Positions 22,414-32,274 of a DNA stretch of 64,000 nucleotides are shown here, in pieces. The translations under genes and the position numbers were made by a program. The stretch lies in IMG/VR virus record IMGVR_UViG_3300013902_000267; one strand, 5' to 3'. The number at the start of each line of letters is the position of its first letter. The stretch's first letter is position 1. The notes below the pieces were generated by a model that ran no database searches, was not told where the DNA came from, and saw only the letters and a list, made by a program, of their open reading frames with translations. This DNA comes from a virus (Duplodnaviria; Heunggongvirae; Uroviricota; Caudoviricetes).

Positions 22414-22995
22414 ATGGATAAGAATACATTAAAAAAACAGATGAACCAAATTCATGATATAAATTTATCAAAGCGAATTGGTGAAGTTTGTGAGTGTCCA
22501 GTATGTGGCAATTCTTTCGTTAAGAAACATATTAAACATGTTTATTGTGGAGGACGTGATAATCAGACATGTAAGAATGCTTATAATAATTTCATGCGTT
22601 ATAATACTGTTTATGATTTTGGGAGATTTGTTAATTTGAAAAATAAAAATAAAAATAATAATGTCACTACTAAATCAACAAAATCATTTAATAAGTATAT
22701 GTCTTTTTCATTTGGCAATGATTCTTCATTATCAGATAAGTCGAATAAAGAGTTAAATGAAGTTAAAGATACTTCTAAGTATGTTAGTGAAACTTTAAGT
22801 GTAGATAAACAAGTATTAAAGAATATTGAGTCTTCATTAGAAACTCGTATTAGAGAAAAAATTGAAAAAGAGTTTGAATATGAATATAAGAATAAATTAG
22901 AGAAAGAATATAATAAAGGTTATAATAAAGCATGTGCTAACTATGAAGAAGCAAAAAATGGGAAAATGCCGAATTTAATGGTTGTGTTTAAATAA
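22414..22995 (+). CDS. Zn-finger hypothetical protein
   Basis: CPVCG..YCGG..TC; TATCTTTG promoter at 22377-22384. Confidence 0.7.
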   Translation: MDKNTLKKQMNQIHDINLSKRIGEVCECPVCGNSFVKKHIKHVYCGGRDNQTCKNAYNNFMRYNTVYDFGRFVNLKNKNKNNNVTTKSTKSFNKYMSFSFGNDSSLSDKSNKELNEVKDTSKYVSETLSVDKQVLKNIESSLETRIREKIEKEFEYEYKNKLEKEYNKGYNKACANYEEAKNGKMPNLMVVFK

Positions 22996-23001
22996 TGATG
23001 T

Positions 23002-23304
23002 ATGTTGTTATTTTATAGATTTGATGATATTCCAAAAAATGAGAGGTCTTCAATTTTTTGGAGAGGCGAAGAAAAAATAGGTGAAGAAAAAGGAGTATCT
23101 GTTTATGAAGCTCATAAAAATATAAATGGAACATATTCACCAGTTTTACCTAATCCTATAAATGAAACAGGGTTTGATACTTTTATTCATTTAATTAGAT
23201 ATTATTCCGGTAACAAATATTTGGTAACAGGAGATTTATTAGATGACAGAGGAACAGATGGTGAACCATTAATTAAGAACGTTAAAATAATTAAGAAGTT
23301 ATGA
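23002..23304 (+). CDS. Hypothetical protein
   Basis: 100-aa ORF, ATGA overlap with next gene. Confidence 0.7.
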   Translation: MLLFYRFDDIPKNERSSIFWRGEEKIGEEKGVSVYEAHKNINGTYSPVLPNPINETGFDTFIHLIRYYSGNKYLVTGDLLDDRGTDGEPLIKNVKIIKKL

Positions 23305-23528
23305 ATAAAGAAGAACGTTATAAGAAGATAAATGATTTAATTCCACAAATCGAGTTAATTAAAGATACTATTTATAATATCGTATGGGAACCTCAGGAAG
23401 GTGATTTTGATAATCATTTCGACAATCTTCCAAAAGCAGAGAAGGTTGCTATCATAGGAATATTGAATGATGCAAATAGACTTAGTAATTCAGTTGCATG
23501 TTATGCACATTGGTTTGAACAAAAGTAA
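23301..23528 (+). CDS. Hypothetical protein
   Basis: 75-aa ORF. Confidence 0.7.
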   Translation: MNKEERYKKINDLIPQIELIKDTIYNIVWEPQEGDFDNHFDNLPKAEKVAIIGILNDANRLSNSVACYAHWFEQK

Positions 23529-23585
23529 ACATTTTCAATAATTTAGACTATAATTTATAGATTTGTTGTTAATTAGATAAAGTTT

Positions 23586-24326
23586 ATGAAAAATAATAAA
23601 GAAATTATTAAGGAATTTTATCCATATGTAAGTGATGCACTTAAGAAAATGGATAATGTTGATATAGAAACATTGCAGAATACATATAATATTCTTAGTA
23701 ATATGAATGATTATTCTGTTGATGAAGTTATTAATGCTCAAAAAATAGTTAAAGATATTATTAATAAAACTATTGATGAGTTTAAAGATAAATTTATTAA
23801 GAATGTTTCATTTGATGATATTATTTTATATGCGCAGGTATCAAAATCTGTATTGAAAAATAATAATACAAAGAAGAATTTTATTAATAATACGGGTGTA
23901 ACTATTGATACAAAAAATATAGTAGGAACTAAATCATTTGAAGCTATTCAACATGATTTGTTTGGTGGTGAACCAACTGTATATAAGAAGAAAAAGAAGT
24001 TTTCAAAAATTAATGATAAAGTTACACTTTATTCAAATATTCCTTATTTAACTCTTAAGAAAAATGAGCATTTATATCGTATAGCTACACTTATTCCTTA
24101 TAATAAGCAAGTAGTAGATGATAATGGTAAGAAAATAAAGGGATTAATCTATGGAATGCTTCCAACTATGTATTTTGTAACAGATAATAAGAAACGAGAT
24201 TTTAGAATTGCTCGTAATAATTATATTAATATTGTAAGGTCTCAGAATGAAAAGTTGGTTAAGCATTATGAAGAAACTTACAATATTACGTTAGGTTATG
24301 ATGTTTCAGCTAAAATGATTAAGTAA
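23586..24326 (+). CDS. Hypothetical protein
   Basis: 246-aa ORF. Confidence 0.7.
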   Translation: MKNNKEIIKEFYPYVSDALKKMDNVDIETLQNTYNILSNMNDYSVDEVINAQKIVKDIINKTIDEFKDKFIKNVSFDDIILYAQVSKSVLKNNNTKKNFINNTGVTIDTKNIVGTKSFEAIQHDLFGGEPTVYKKKKKFSKINDKVTLYSNIPYLTLKKNEHLYRIATLIPYNKQVVDDNGKKIKGLIYGMLPTMYFVTDNKKRDFRIARNNYINIVRSQNEKLVKHYEETYNITLGYDVSAKMIK

Positions 24327-24328
24327 TT

Positions 24329-24883
24329 ATGGTAGCAACTTATATAGCATTTACATTTTTTGTATGTTTAGTATTATTATGTTTTACTATAATACTTTTT
24401 ATATGTATATCAGTATATGATAATATGGTACAATATAATGATCCAGGTCCATTTAAGAAATGGTTTTCAAGAATTATAATTTTTATTATATGCTATTTTT
24501 TTATAAATTGGACACATTATTTAATGTTTAAACCTATACGATTTATAAGTAGTGATGAACCTGTTTTAATAACAGGAAATAATGCTACATATAGATATTA
24601 TAATTATTTTCAAACAGATTCTGATGATGTAATTGTACATAAACCGATCTATATGAAAGGTATAATATATAAGGATAAAGTATCTAATTGTAGTGATAAT
24701 GATAATAATGTTAATCATCATGATATTTGTATAAAGTCAGAAGATGGCAAACATATTGAAGAAGATTATCATTATAATCCTCAAATAGAAGATTTACCTT
24801 TTGAAGAATATAAGAAACGTGTAGGATTTAAAAAGGTATTTTTTCCAGAGGAACGATATTATTTAATTTATTTTAGCAAATAA
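24329..24883 (+). CDS. Membrane protein
   Basis: Two N-terminal hydrophobic segments. Confidence 0.7.
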   Translation: MVATYIAFTFFVCLVLLCFTIILFICISVYDNMVQYNDPGPFKKWFSRIIIFIICYFFINWTHYLMFKPIRFISSDEPVLITGNNATYRYYNYFQTDSDDVIVHKPIYMKGIIYKDKVSNCSDNDNNVNHHDICIKSEDGKHIEEDYHYNPQIEDLPFEEYKKRVGFKKVFFPEERYYLIYFSK

Positions 24884-24889
24884 AAGTTT

Positions 24890-25264
24890 ATGATGAATAT
24901 ATTTTTAATTTTACATTTTATACCCGTAATTGTAGGACTATATATTTTTTATATAATACCTTATTTTACATTGAAAAAGAATTCATCATTATATGATTAT
25001 TTTAATAATTTGGAGTTTATATCAATTCCATCTTTAACTATATTAACAATAGTACCAATATTTAATTATATTATATTGTTTAAGTTAGTTGAAGAGTATA
25101 GTAATGATTCTGAAAAAGAAGAATGTTTAAATCAAACAGTATCTAATATATATGATTTCTTTAAAGAATTTTTTACAGCTTTATGGATGTTATTTGTATG
25201 GTTGTTTGGTCTTAAGTATGTATTTAGATTTTTTAATAAAATATTAACACTTAAAATAAAGTAA
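24890..25264 (+). CDS. Membrane protein
   Basis: Three hydrophobic segments. Confidence 0.65.
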   Translation: MMNIFLILHFIPVIVGLYIFYIIPYFTLKKNSSLYDYFNNLEFISIPSLTILTIVPIFNYIILFKLVEEYSNDSEKEECLNQTVSNIYDFFKEFFTALWMLFVWLFGLKYVFRFFNKILTLKIK

Positions 25265-25270
25265 TTAAAA

Positions 25271-25543
25271 ATGGAATTAACAAAGGAATATCTTTTAGAT
25301 CATGGATATGAAACAAATCATCCTGATCGTGTTTTGTGTCGTTTTTATAAGACTAATAATGAATCTCCTGAGTGGCGAGTTAGTGTAGAACAGGAATATT
25401 TTCCATTGAGTAATAAACTTACATTCAATATTAATTGTTGGAAGTGTAATGAGAGTGGTGCTATTATTAAGCGTTCTTCCATAGGATATGCTACAACAGT
25501 TGAAGAGTTGAATAATGTTATTGCTCTATGTGGAATCGAGTAA
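25271..25543 (+). CDS. Hypothetical protein
   Basis: 90-aa ORF. Confidence 0.7.
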   Translation: MELTKEYLLDHGYETNHPDRVLCRFYKTNNESPEWRVSVEQEYFPLSNKLTFNINCWKCNESGAIIKRSSIGYATTVEELNNVIALCGIE

Positions 25544-25620
25544 TATTTAATATAAAGAATTTATGGTTTTGGTATTTAATAAATTATTATACCAAAACAT
25601 ATTTCAATAAATTTAAGAAT

Positions 25621-26361
25621 ATGTTTAAACCGTATATTAAAGATGATAGAAAATTAACAGCTAAGAATCATATAGAAGAGATGGAAAATTCTTTTCACAC
25701 TATGATTCAAACGTCTATTAGAGATTCTGTTGTATATATAGATGATGATAATGTTTTAGATAAAAGAAATATTATTGTAGAAGATATAAAGACAGAAGAT
25801 GCAGTATTTAAGTATGGAGAAGATAAACATTTATGTGTATTGAATTTTTCAAGCTATAAATATCCAGGTGGAGGTTTCATTAAAGGTGCGATAGCTCAAG
25901 AAGAAGCATTATGTCATGCAAGTGATTTATATAATGTAATCTCCGATGAAAAATTCAATACATATTATGAACATAATCGACAAAATACTAACGGCGGATT
26001 ATATAAGAATTTTGCTATCTATTCTCCAAATATTATTTTTAATAGAGTTGCTGATAATTTTATTTCTGTAGATGTAATTACATGCCCAGCACCAAATCTT
26101 TCACATTATGAAGGACATATTTATTATGCGATGAAAGCTATGAATGATAGAATAAAATTTATTCTTGATATTGCAGAGAAACATAAACAAAAGAATTTGG
26201 TTCTTGGTGCATTTGGATGCGGAGTATTTAAGAATGATCCTCAATTTGTTGCTGAAGTATTTAAGGAATTATTGGAGTCTTCTAAATATCATTTTGAATC
26301 CATTATATTCGCAATACCGGGAGGGATTAATTATAAGAAATTTAAAGAAGTTTTTTCTTAA
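25621..26361 (+). CDS. TIGR02452 / bacterial PARG-type macrodomain ADP-ribose glycohydrolase
   Basis: LNFSSYKYPGGGFIKGAIAQEEALC (GGG-x-QEE), VITCPAPN, LVLGAFGCGVF; start at MFKPY preferred over TGT/TGG-overlapping 25528. Confidence 0.85.
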   Translation: MFKPYIKDDRKLTAKNHIEEMENSFHTMIQTSIRDSVVYIDDDNVLDKRNIIVEDIKTEDAVFKYGEDKHLCVLNFSSYKYPGGGFIKGAIAQEEALCHASDLYNVISDEKFNTYYEHNRQNTNGGLYKNFAIYSPNIIFNRVADNFISVDVITCPAPNLSHYEGHIYYAMKAMNDRIKFILDIAEKHKQKNLVLGAFGCGVFKNDPQFVAEVFKELLESSKYHFESIIFAIPGGINYKKFKEVFS

Positions 26362-26436
26362 ATATTTTTTTATTTAAAATAAAATATGTATCTTTGTATT
26401 GTTAATAAAATAATGAACAATTAAAATAACAAAGAT

Positions 26437-26658
26437 ATGAATAAGTCTCTTAAAATACAAATAACACTTCTTGTAGTCATTCTTACAGTAGGAATAATTA
26501 TAGTTAACAACATTAAATCTAATGTTAACTATATTAATGAACCTTGTCCTCTTTGTGGTTCATCTGAGGTTCTTGATTTTGGTTATGATAATATGAATGG
26601 TCAAGAACATGCTCATTGTGTTACTTGTGAAAGAGACTTCTACATTGATGTAGATTAA
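26437..26658 (+). CDS. Membrane-anchored Zn-ribbon protein
   Basis: N-terminal TM, CPLCGS..CVTC; 23-bp promoter cassette at 26384. Confidence 0.7.
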   Translation: MNKSLKIQITLLVVILTVGIIIVNNIKSNVNYINEPCPLCGSSEVLDFGYDNMNGQEHAHCVTCERDFYIDVD

Positions 26659-26768
26659 AAAGTTCCTACTGTTTTTTATAATGGTTAAAGAGTATTAGAG
26701 AATATTCTTTAACCATTTTCTTTTATATATATAAACAATTATTTAATTATTTAATATAAAATATAGAG

Positions 26769-27092
26769 ATGATAAATTTTAAAAAGAAACATGTTGAACG
26801 GACATATTTTTCTGTTATAATGTCATGGGTATATACAGGATATAAATATGATTCTGTTTCTGATGCAACAAATAATTTAAGAAAAGCAATAGAATATATA
26901 GAAAACAATAAATCTGATTTATATTTTGATGAAATTATATCATCTGGATTAGGCTCAATAGCATCAGGAAATTATACAGATACTATTATTAGACCATATC
27001 TTATAGTAAGGAGAAATTATTGGGATGATATGTTTAAAACAGAACATGAAAAAAATATATATAAACAAATAATAAATTTAACAATACCTTAA
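26769..27092 (+). CDS. Hypothetical protein
   Basis: 107-aa ORF. Confidence 0.7.
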   Translation: MINFKKKHVERTYFSVIMSWVYTGYKYDSVSDATNNLRKAIEYIENNKSDLYFDEIISSGLGSIASGNYTDTIIRPYLIVRRNYWDDMFKTEHEKNIYKQIINLTIP

Positions 27093-27096
27093 AAAT

Positions 27097-27315
27097 ATGA
27101 TTTATGAAATGAATGTTAAAGAAGAACCAGATATTTTTAATGAATTAAAAAAATATCTTCAAAATACATATAAACTTTCTGTTGTTGAATCTATTAATTT
27201 AATAGGTAAAATAGAAAATTTAATTAGAAAAGAAACCGATAAAATTATAAAAAATAGAAAACCATTTGAAATTGATTTTAATAAAATTGATTTAGATGAT
27301 ATTTTAGATGTTTAA
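27097..27315 (+). CDS. Hypothetical protein
   Basis: 72-aa ORF. Confidence 0.65.
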   Translation: MIYEMNVKEEPDIFNELKKYLQNTYKLSVVESINLIGKIENLIRKETDKIIKNRKPFEIDFNKIDLDDILDV

Positions 27316-27335
27316 AAATAATTAATTGTTAACAA

Positions 27336-27806
27336 ATGAGTTTATATAAATATCCAAGTATACATGGTTTGAAGGATATTGCAATGATTTATAATGATTC
27401 TGAATGGGATAATGCAAAACTTAAAGTGTGGGATCCTGAATATCAAAGAGAATATAATATATCATTTACAGGTTCTACAAGACCAACTGAAACTGAACCA
27501 GGTATAGTAAGTTTCAATATATCAAAAGTAAAAGACGAAAAATCTGCTGATGAAAAATCAATAGATATTTATTTAGATAAAAGATTTCCTAATATATCTA
27601 AATTAGAGAGAAACAAATATGAATTGATTTTTAGAGCAGGTGTTGAATATGGAAAGAATGTAAGTAAAAAAGATTTACTTAAAGAATTATTTAAATCACC
27701 ATGTGAAAAATGTGGTAGTTATATGATGTCAGATAATTGTATTTGTAATAAATTATATAACTATTGTGATTTTATAGAAGAAATAAAGAAAAGGATAGAG
27801 AAATAA
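27336..27806 (+). CDS. Hypothetical protein with C-terminal Cys cluster
   Basis: 156-aa ORF; CEKC..C.C..C. Confidence 0.7.
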   Translation: MSLYKYPSIHGLKDIAMIYNDSEWDNAKLKVWDPEYQREYNISFTGSTRPTETEPGIVSFNISKVKDEKSADEKSIDIYLDKRFPNISKLERNKYELIFRAGVEYGKNVSKKDLLKELFKSPCEKCGSYMMSDNCICNKLYNYCDFIEEIKKRIEK

Positions 27807-27831
27807 GAATCTCTATCCTTTATTATTTTAT

Positions 27832-28404
27832 TTAATATTCATCATCGTCATCCCATTCATCGTCAGAATCATCATAATCTTCCTCTTCATCATCAAAATT
27901 AGAATCAGAAAGATAAATTTCTTCTATAACTACTTGATTAACTTTGAATACCATAAGTCCTTCTGAAAATTCAAGTTCAATATCAATTTCACCATCTTCA
28001 TTTGCAGGGAATATTTGAATACTTTCATCTTGTTTTAATTCAATTTCAGGTTTACAATAGGCAATATCAAAAATACCTATTGTACCAGAATCTACATCAT
28101 ATTTTTGATTTGTCATAGAATCATATGTACCATCGCCATATTGAGTTCCTTGAATAATACCTATAACTTCCTCATCATTTTCAAGAATTCCATCAGGATA
28201 TTTCTTTGCACCCCATACATTATCATAAATATCTTCTGTTAAACAATAACATGGATCACCAATAACAAGCGATTTTACATTTGTTAATGTTGCTGAATAA
28301 CTACCACTTGTTTGCGTATATTTCTCATTAATTGATTTCTTTACAGATTTTGATACTGATTTCATTATACTTTCATATAATGATTTCTTTTGTTTATTAT
28401 TCAT
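27832..28404 (-). CDS. LYESIM-tagged protein with DUF4241-like core and acidic tail
   Basis: N-term QKKSLYESIMKSVSKSVKKSINE; LVIGDPCY, YGDGTY, VDSGTIGI. Confidence 0.75.
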   Translation of the reverse strand: MNNKQKKSLYESIMKSVSKSVKKSINEKYTQTSGSYSATLTNVKSLVIGDPCYCLTEDIYDNVWGAKKYPDGILENDEEVIGIIQGTQYGDGTYDSMTNQKYDVDSGTIGIFDIAYCKPEIELKQDESIQIFPANEDGEIDIELEFSEGLMVFKVNQVVIEEIYLSDSNFDDEEEDYDDSDDEWDDDDEY

Positions 28405-28519
28405 AATGTTATGTAAATTAAAAAAATTATTTTTAGTATTTATCTTTTAACAAAGATACATAAATTTTTTTAAATAAAAAAGAGATGTAATTTAATTATT
28501 ACATCTCTTAAATTATTAA

Positions 28520-28822
28520 TTATCCATCATATCCGTATTTACCGAATACATGAACAATTTCACCGCTTTTAGTTGTATAAGATTTATCATAAGATTCTAG
28601 ATCATAATCACCGAAGTAATCATCATATGATTTATATCTCCAGCTATCTTCTGTAATATCTTCCTCTGATATAGAATCTTTTGAAACTAATTTATTATGA
28701 TCTCTATCAAGAACATATGTTCCATTTTTCCATCCATTATATTCATCATCTGATGCAAATGTCAATGAATGTGTAGAACTTGAGTTAGTTTCAAATACAC
28801 TTTTCCTTACTTGAATTTTCAT
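28520..28822 (-). CDS. FETNSSSTH-tag protein 4
   Basis: MKIQVRKSVFETNSSSTHSL. Confidence 0.85.
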   Translation of the reverse strand: MKIQVRKSVFETNSSSTHSLTFASDDEYNGWKNGTYVLDRDHNKLVSKDSISEEDITEDSWRYKSYDDYFGDYDLESYDKSYTTKSGEIVHVFGKYGYDG

Positions 28823-28840
28823 TATATATTATTATATATT

Positions 28841-29404
28841 TTAATTACTCTTATAGTATTCCCATGATTTTCCAAAATTTGGACAATCCAACTCTTCATC
28901 ACTATTATCATTACCTGTTGATACATAACTATTATAATCAAACAAATAATTCATAAGTTTTTTATCATTACTTATAACATCTTCGAGAAAATCACCTACT
29001 TCATTTCCATGATCTATATAACCACTATCTTCTTCATCATCATTATTCATAAATTTAATATAAGTATATTCACTACCATCATCATATTTATGAACTTTAA
29101 CTTTCATATTAGCAGCATATGGAAATAGTGCTTTAATATTATGTTTTGCAAGAATATCTGTAATTGATTTAATTGCATTATTTACTTTATCAATATTATT
29201 CCAATAACAACTTGTAATTGCTTCCCATAGATATTCTGCTTTAGTAGCAGTGTCAAAATGAATATCAAAATCCCATCCAAATTCGCCTTTACCAAATATT
29301 ACTTTATCAGGAAATTCATTAATATCAGATTTCTTAATAATGGAAATAGAATGTGTTGAACTTGAATTTGTTTCAAATACACTACGTCTAACTTGTACTT
29401 TCAT
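28841..29404 (-). CDS. FETNSSSTH-tag protein 3
   Basis: MKVQVRRSVFETNSSSTHSI. Confidence 0.85.
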   Translation of the reverse strand: MKVQVRRSVFETNSSSTHSISIIKKSDINEFPDKVIFGKGEFGWDFDIHFDTATKAEYLWEAITSCYWNNIDKVNNAIKSITDILAKHNIKALFPYAANMKVKVHKYDDGSEYTYIKFMNNDDEEDSGYIDHGNEVGDFLEDVISNDKKLMNYLFDYNSYVSTGNDNSDEELDCPNFGKSWEYYKSN

Positions 29405-29428
29405 TTTATTTTATAAAATTAATAATTA

Positions 29429-30094
29429 TTAAATAATATAAATCTTTGGTTTATAATAAGGTGCATAAGCTTCATCGGCATAAGTAATAGTATTATTATC
29501 ATCCATAATATTCCAAAAATATTCATTGAATTTTTCTACTGTTAACCAACCACCATTTTCACCAATATTTTCAAAAAATTTTTTATTTGTATCTGTATTT
29601 TTTGTAAATTCAACATATGAACCATATTCAAGTTGATTCTTAACATCTTGAATATCATACCCATGTTGTTTTGCAATCTTCTTTATATACTCTACAAACT
29701 TCTTATATACTTCTGTATCTTCTAACCAATCATCATGATTATCCTCAAAATAATGGTTTCTATATTCAGCTCTATTATAATCTTCAATATAATATGCATT
29801 ATTATTTAATTCCATTGCAATATATTGAAGTTTAGCAACCCAATTATTAATGATATAATAAATATTAGTCATTTCATCACCATTTTCGAAATCAATACCA
29901 CGAAGAATAAATGTATGTTCTATAATATAATCCTTTGGATTAAATATACCACAGTCCATATTATCCTTATATTGCTCAAAAATAGCTTTATATACAATAT
30001 CTTTTACATCATTAATTGTTCCATGTGTAATTTGTAAAGAATGTGTTGAACTTGAGTTCGTTTCAAACACCCCTCTTCTAATTTGTACTTTCAT
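29429..30094 (-). CDS. FETNSSSTH-tag protein 2
   Basis: MKVQIRRGVFETNSSSTHSL; TAATG overlap with upstream gene. Confidence 0.85.
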   Translation of the reverse strand: MKVQIRRGVFETNSSSTHSLQITHGTINDVKDIVYKAIFEQYKDNMDCGIFNPKDYIIEHTFILRGIDFENGDEMTNIYYIINNWVAKLQYIAMELNNNAYYIEDYNRAEYRNHYFEDNHDDWLEDTEVYKKFVEYIKKIAKQHGYDIQDVKNQLEYGSYVEFTKNTDTNKKFFENIGENGGWLTVEKFNEYFWNIMDDNNTITYADEAYAPYYKPKIYII

Positions 30095-30594
30095 TAATCT
30101 GGTTCTATATAAATTTTTGTATGTTCATGATTTAAATCTTTATCGTAATTGAAATAATCCCTATCAAATATGTCAACTTTTGATTCATCATTAAAAATAT
30201 ATTCTAACAATAATTGCTCAAAGTCTTCATCTTTTTCATCAAATAGGTCATTAAATACATCTTCATACCCATAGCTATAATTATCATATTCTCCCGTTTC
30301 TGAAATAAGGAATACACAATTAATATCATATTTAGATAATACTTTTTCAATGCGATATTTAGTAGACATAAAATGAGATAGATTATCACCAAATGTCATA
30401 TAGTCAAATAAGTTATCTAATCTATCTTGAAAATGATTACCTTTATCTCTTTCTCGCCAAGGTAAACCAAATTTAAGTGTAGTTCCTGCATATAATTTAA
30501 GAATTTTATCATCTACAGGTTTTGTACATATAGTTAATGTATGTGTTGAACTTGAATTAGTTTCAAATACACTATGCCTTATTTGAATTTTCAT
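30094..30594 (-). CDS. FETNSSSTH-tag protein 1
   Basis: MKIQIRHSVFETNSSSTHTL. Confidence 0.85.
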   Translation of the reverse strand: MKIQIRHSVFETNSSSTHTLTICTKPVDDKILKLYAGTTLKFGLPWRERDKGNHFQDRLDNLFDYMTFGDNLSHFMSTKYRIEKVLSKYDINCVFLISETGEYDNYSYGYEDVFNDLFDEKDEDFEQLLLEYIFNDESKVDIFDRDYFNYDKDLNHEHTKIYIEPD

Positions 30595-30617
30595 AATTTT
30601 CCTATTGTTTTATATTA

Positions 30618-31502
30618 TTACTTATTATATTTGTTTCTAATAAATTGAAACATTTCATCCATAGTCTTATCACCTATAGGGAATCTTTCTTTAGAAATTG
30701 AATTCTTTGCAAATTCACCCTTTACTAAATCAATATAAAATGTATAACCACCATCATCTCCCATGTAGAATTCATTCCATTCATCATCGGACATAATACG
30801 TTTTACATCAAGTTGCTTAATTGCTAGATTATCAAAACTTAATACTTTAAACTTCTCCGTAATTTCCTTAAGATTATCAAAGATATATTTACGATTTGTT
30901 TCAATCATATCATTATGTTCCTTATGGAAATTAACTCCTCGTTGTAAATCTTTATATCCAAGGAGAAGAACTTTAAGATTATGATTTGCCAACTTATTAA
31001 TGTCATCTTCAGATAAAATTCCTACAATAGTATGAAGAACTGTATTAGGAATACTATTCATTTTCTGGATAAGTTCATCAGATGGTTTTACCAACGAAAC
31101 ACCAATACCATATACGAGTTTATTATCAGACCAATCCTTTAATTTATCATAATTATCAAAGAATTGTTTTTGATTTACTGTAATATTAGCAAATACTTTC
31201 TTCGATTTAAGAAAATTAAGGAACTTATCAAGATCAGGGTGATCAAGGTCATTACCATTCAATGCAATTTCTGTATATGGATGAAGTGTATTTATAAATG
31301 GATATGTAAACAAGTCACCATGTTTCCCATGTGGCGAACATCCTTCATAACAAAACGCACAGCCTATATTACACTTATCTGTTAATTTACAGTCTATATT
31401 CTCACTGTATGCAGGAATAAACTCATCATCATTTGTACGACGAATTTTTGTTCCATCACCCAAAATTGTTACGATATAATTACCATTCTTATAACTTGGC
31501 AT
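30618..31502 (-). CDS. Radical SAM enzyme, 294 aa
   Basis: CNIGCAFC (CxxxCxxC), EIALNGN (GGE-like position), ANITVN, GIGVS; no Cys-rich SPASM domain. Confidence 0.88.
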   Translation of the reverse strand: MPSYKNGNYIVTILGDGTKIRRTNDDEFIPAYSENIDCKLTDKCNIGCAFCYEGCSPHGKHGDLFTYPFINTLHPYTEIALNGNDLDHPDLDKFLNFLKSKKVFANITVNQKQFFDNYDKLKDWSDNKLVYGIGVSLVKPSDELIQKMNSIPNTVLHTIVGILSEDDINKLANHNLKVLLLGYKDLQRGVNFHKEHNDMIETNRKYIFDNLKEITEKFKVLSFDNLAIKQLDVKRIMSDDEWNEFYMGDDGGYTFYIDLVKGEFAKNSISKERFPIGDKTMDEMFQFIRNKYNK

Positions 31503-31631
31503 AATTTCTTTATTTTAAAAAATTAATAAATTTAAATTTAATATCACGAAGATACATAATTTGTTTATATATAAAAAAGAAAATAGAGAATATCTAACAT
31601 TAATTAGTAAATATTCTCTATTTTAAAAAAT

Positions 31632-32129
31632 TTATAATTCTATTATTTCTAATTTATTATAAGGTATTATTCCATTATAAAAATATGTTGGATCTATTTC
31701 ATCTTCAGATTCTTCATCATATATGTTGTTTTGATCTAAAGAAAGTTTATTTAAATCAATATCAGATGTTTTAATTTTAAATACAATAATTTCTAATTCT
31801 TTTTCATATCGATCTTCATATTCTTCAGCAAACTCTTCAAAATCATCGGAACATTCCAAATATGATTCCGCAACATATTCATCTGTTGCTAAAAAAACAC
31901 CATGACTTATATTTTCATATGGCGTATTTTCATAATTCCAAAATCGTTTCTTTGGTATTTTTGCACCTAACCCATTTTTCTTTATTGAACGCAAATAACA
32001 AGATGGAGTTGCATGATAAAAATATTCAGGTATATTATAATTGATTGTTTCATTAATTGATTTCTTTACAGATTTAGAAATAGATTTTATTATATTTTCA
32101 TATAATGTTTTCTTTTGTATAGAATTCAT
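31632..32129 (-). CDS. LYESIM-tagged ADP-ribosyltransferase-fold protein (Tpt1/KptA-like)
   Basis: N-term tag QKKTLYENIIKSISKSVKKSINE; FYHATP..SIKKNGL, GVFLATD..A, YNGIIP; TATAAATA upstream. Confidence 0.55.
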   Translation of the reverse strand: MNSIQKKTLYENIIKSISKSVKKSINETINYNIPEYFYHATPSCYLRSIKKNGLGAKIPKKRFWNYENTPYENISHGVFLATDEYVAESYLECSDDFEEFAEEYEDRYEKELEIIVFKIKTSDIDLNKLSLDQNNIYDEESEDEIDPTYFYNGIIPYNKLEIIEL

Positions 32130-32274
32130 AATTTTACATAAATTAAATTTTATTTTTATATTTATATGATGATATACAATGTAAATTTATAATAAATAAT
32201 ACATTAAATAAGACATTTTTATAATTATAGAATATTTAATAATAGGTAAGGTAGAATATTAAAAGATTTAAATT

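Noticed and set aside
25528-25620. Extended N-terminus of the macrodomain ORF
   Set aside because: Overlaps the upstream gene and looks non-coding; the ATG at 25621 is more plausible
30618-31502. rSAM as an NrdG/PflA activase or QueE
   Set aside because: No glycyl-radical or queuosine genes nearby, and the linkage is to the tagged proteins; the subfamily remains unassigned without an HMM search
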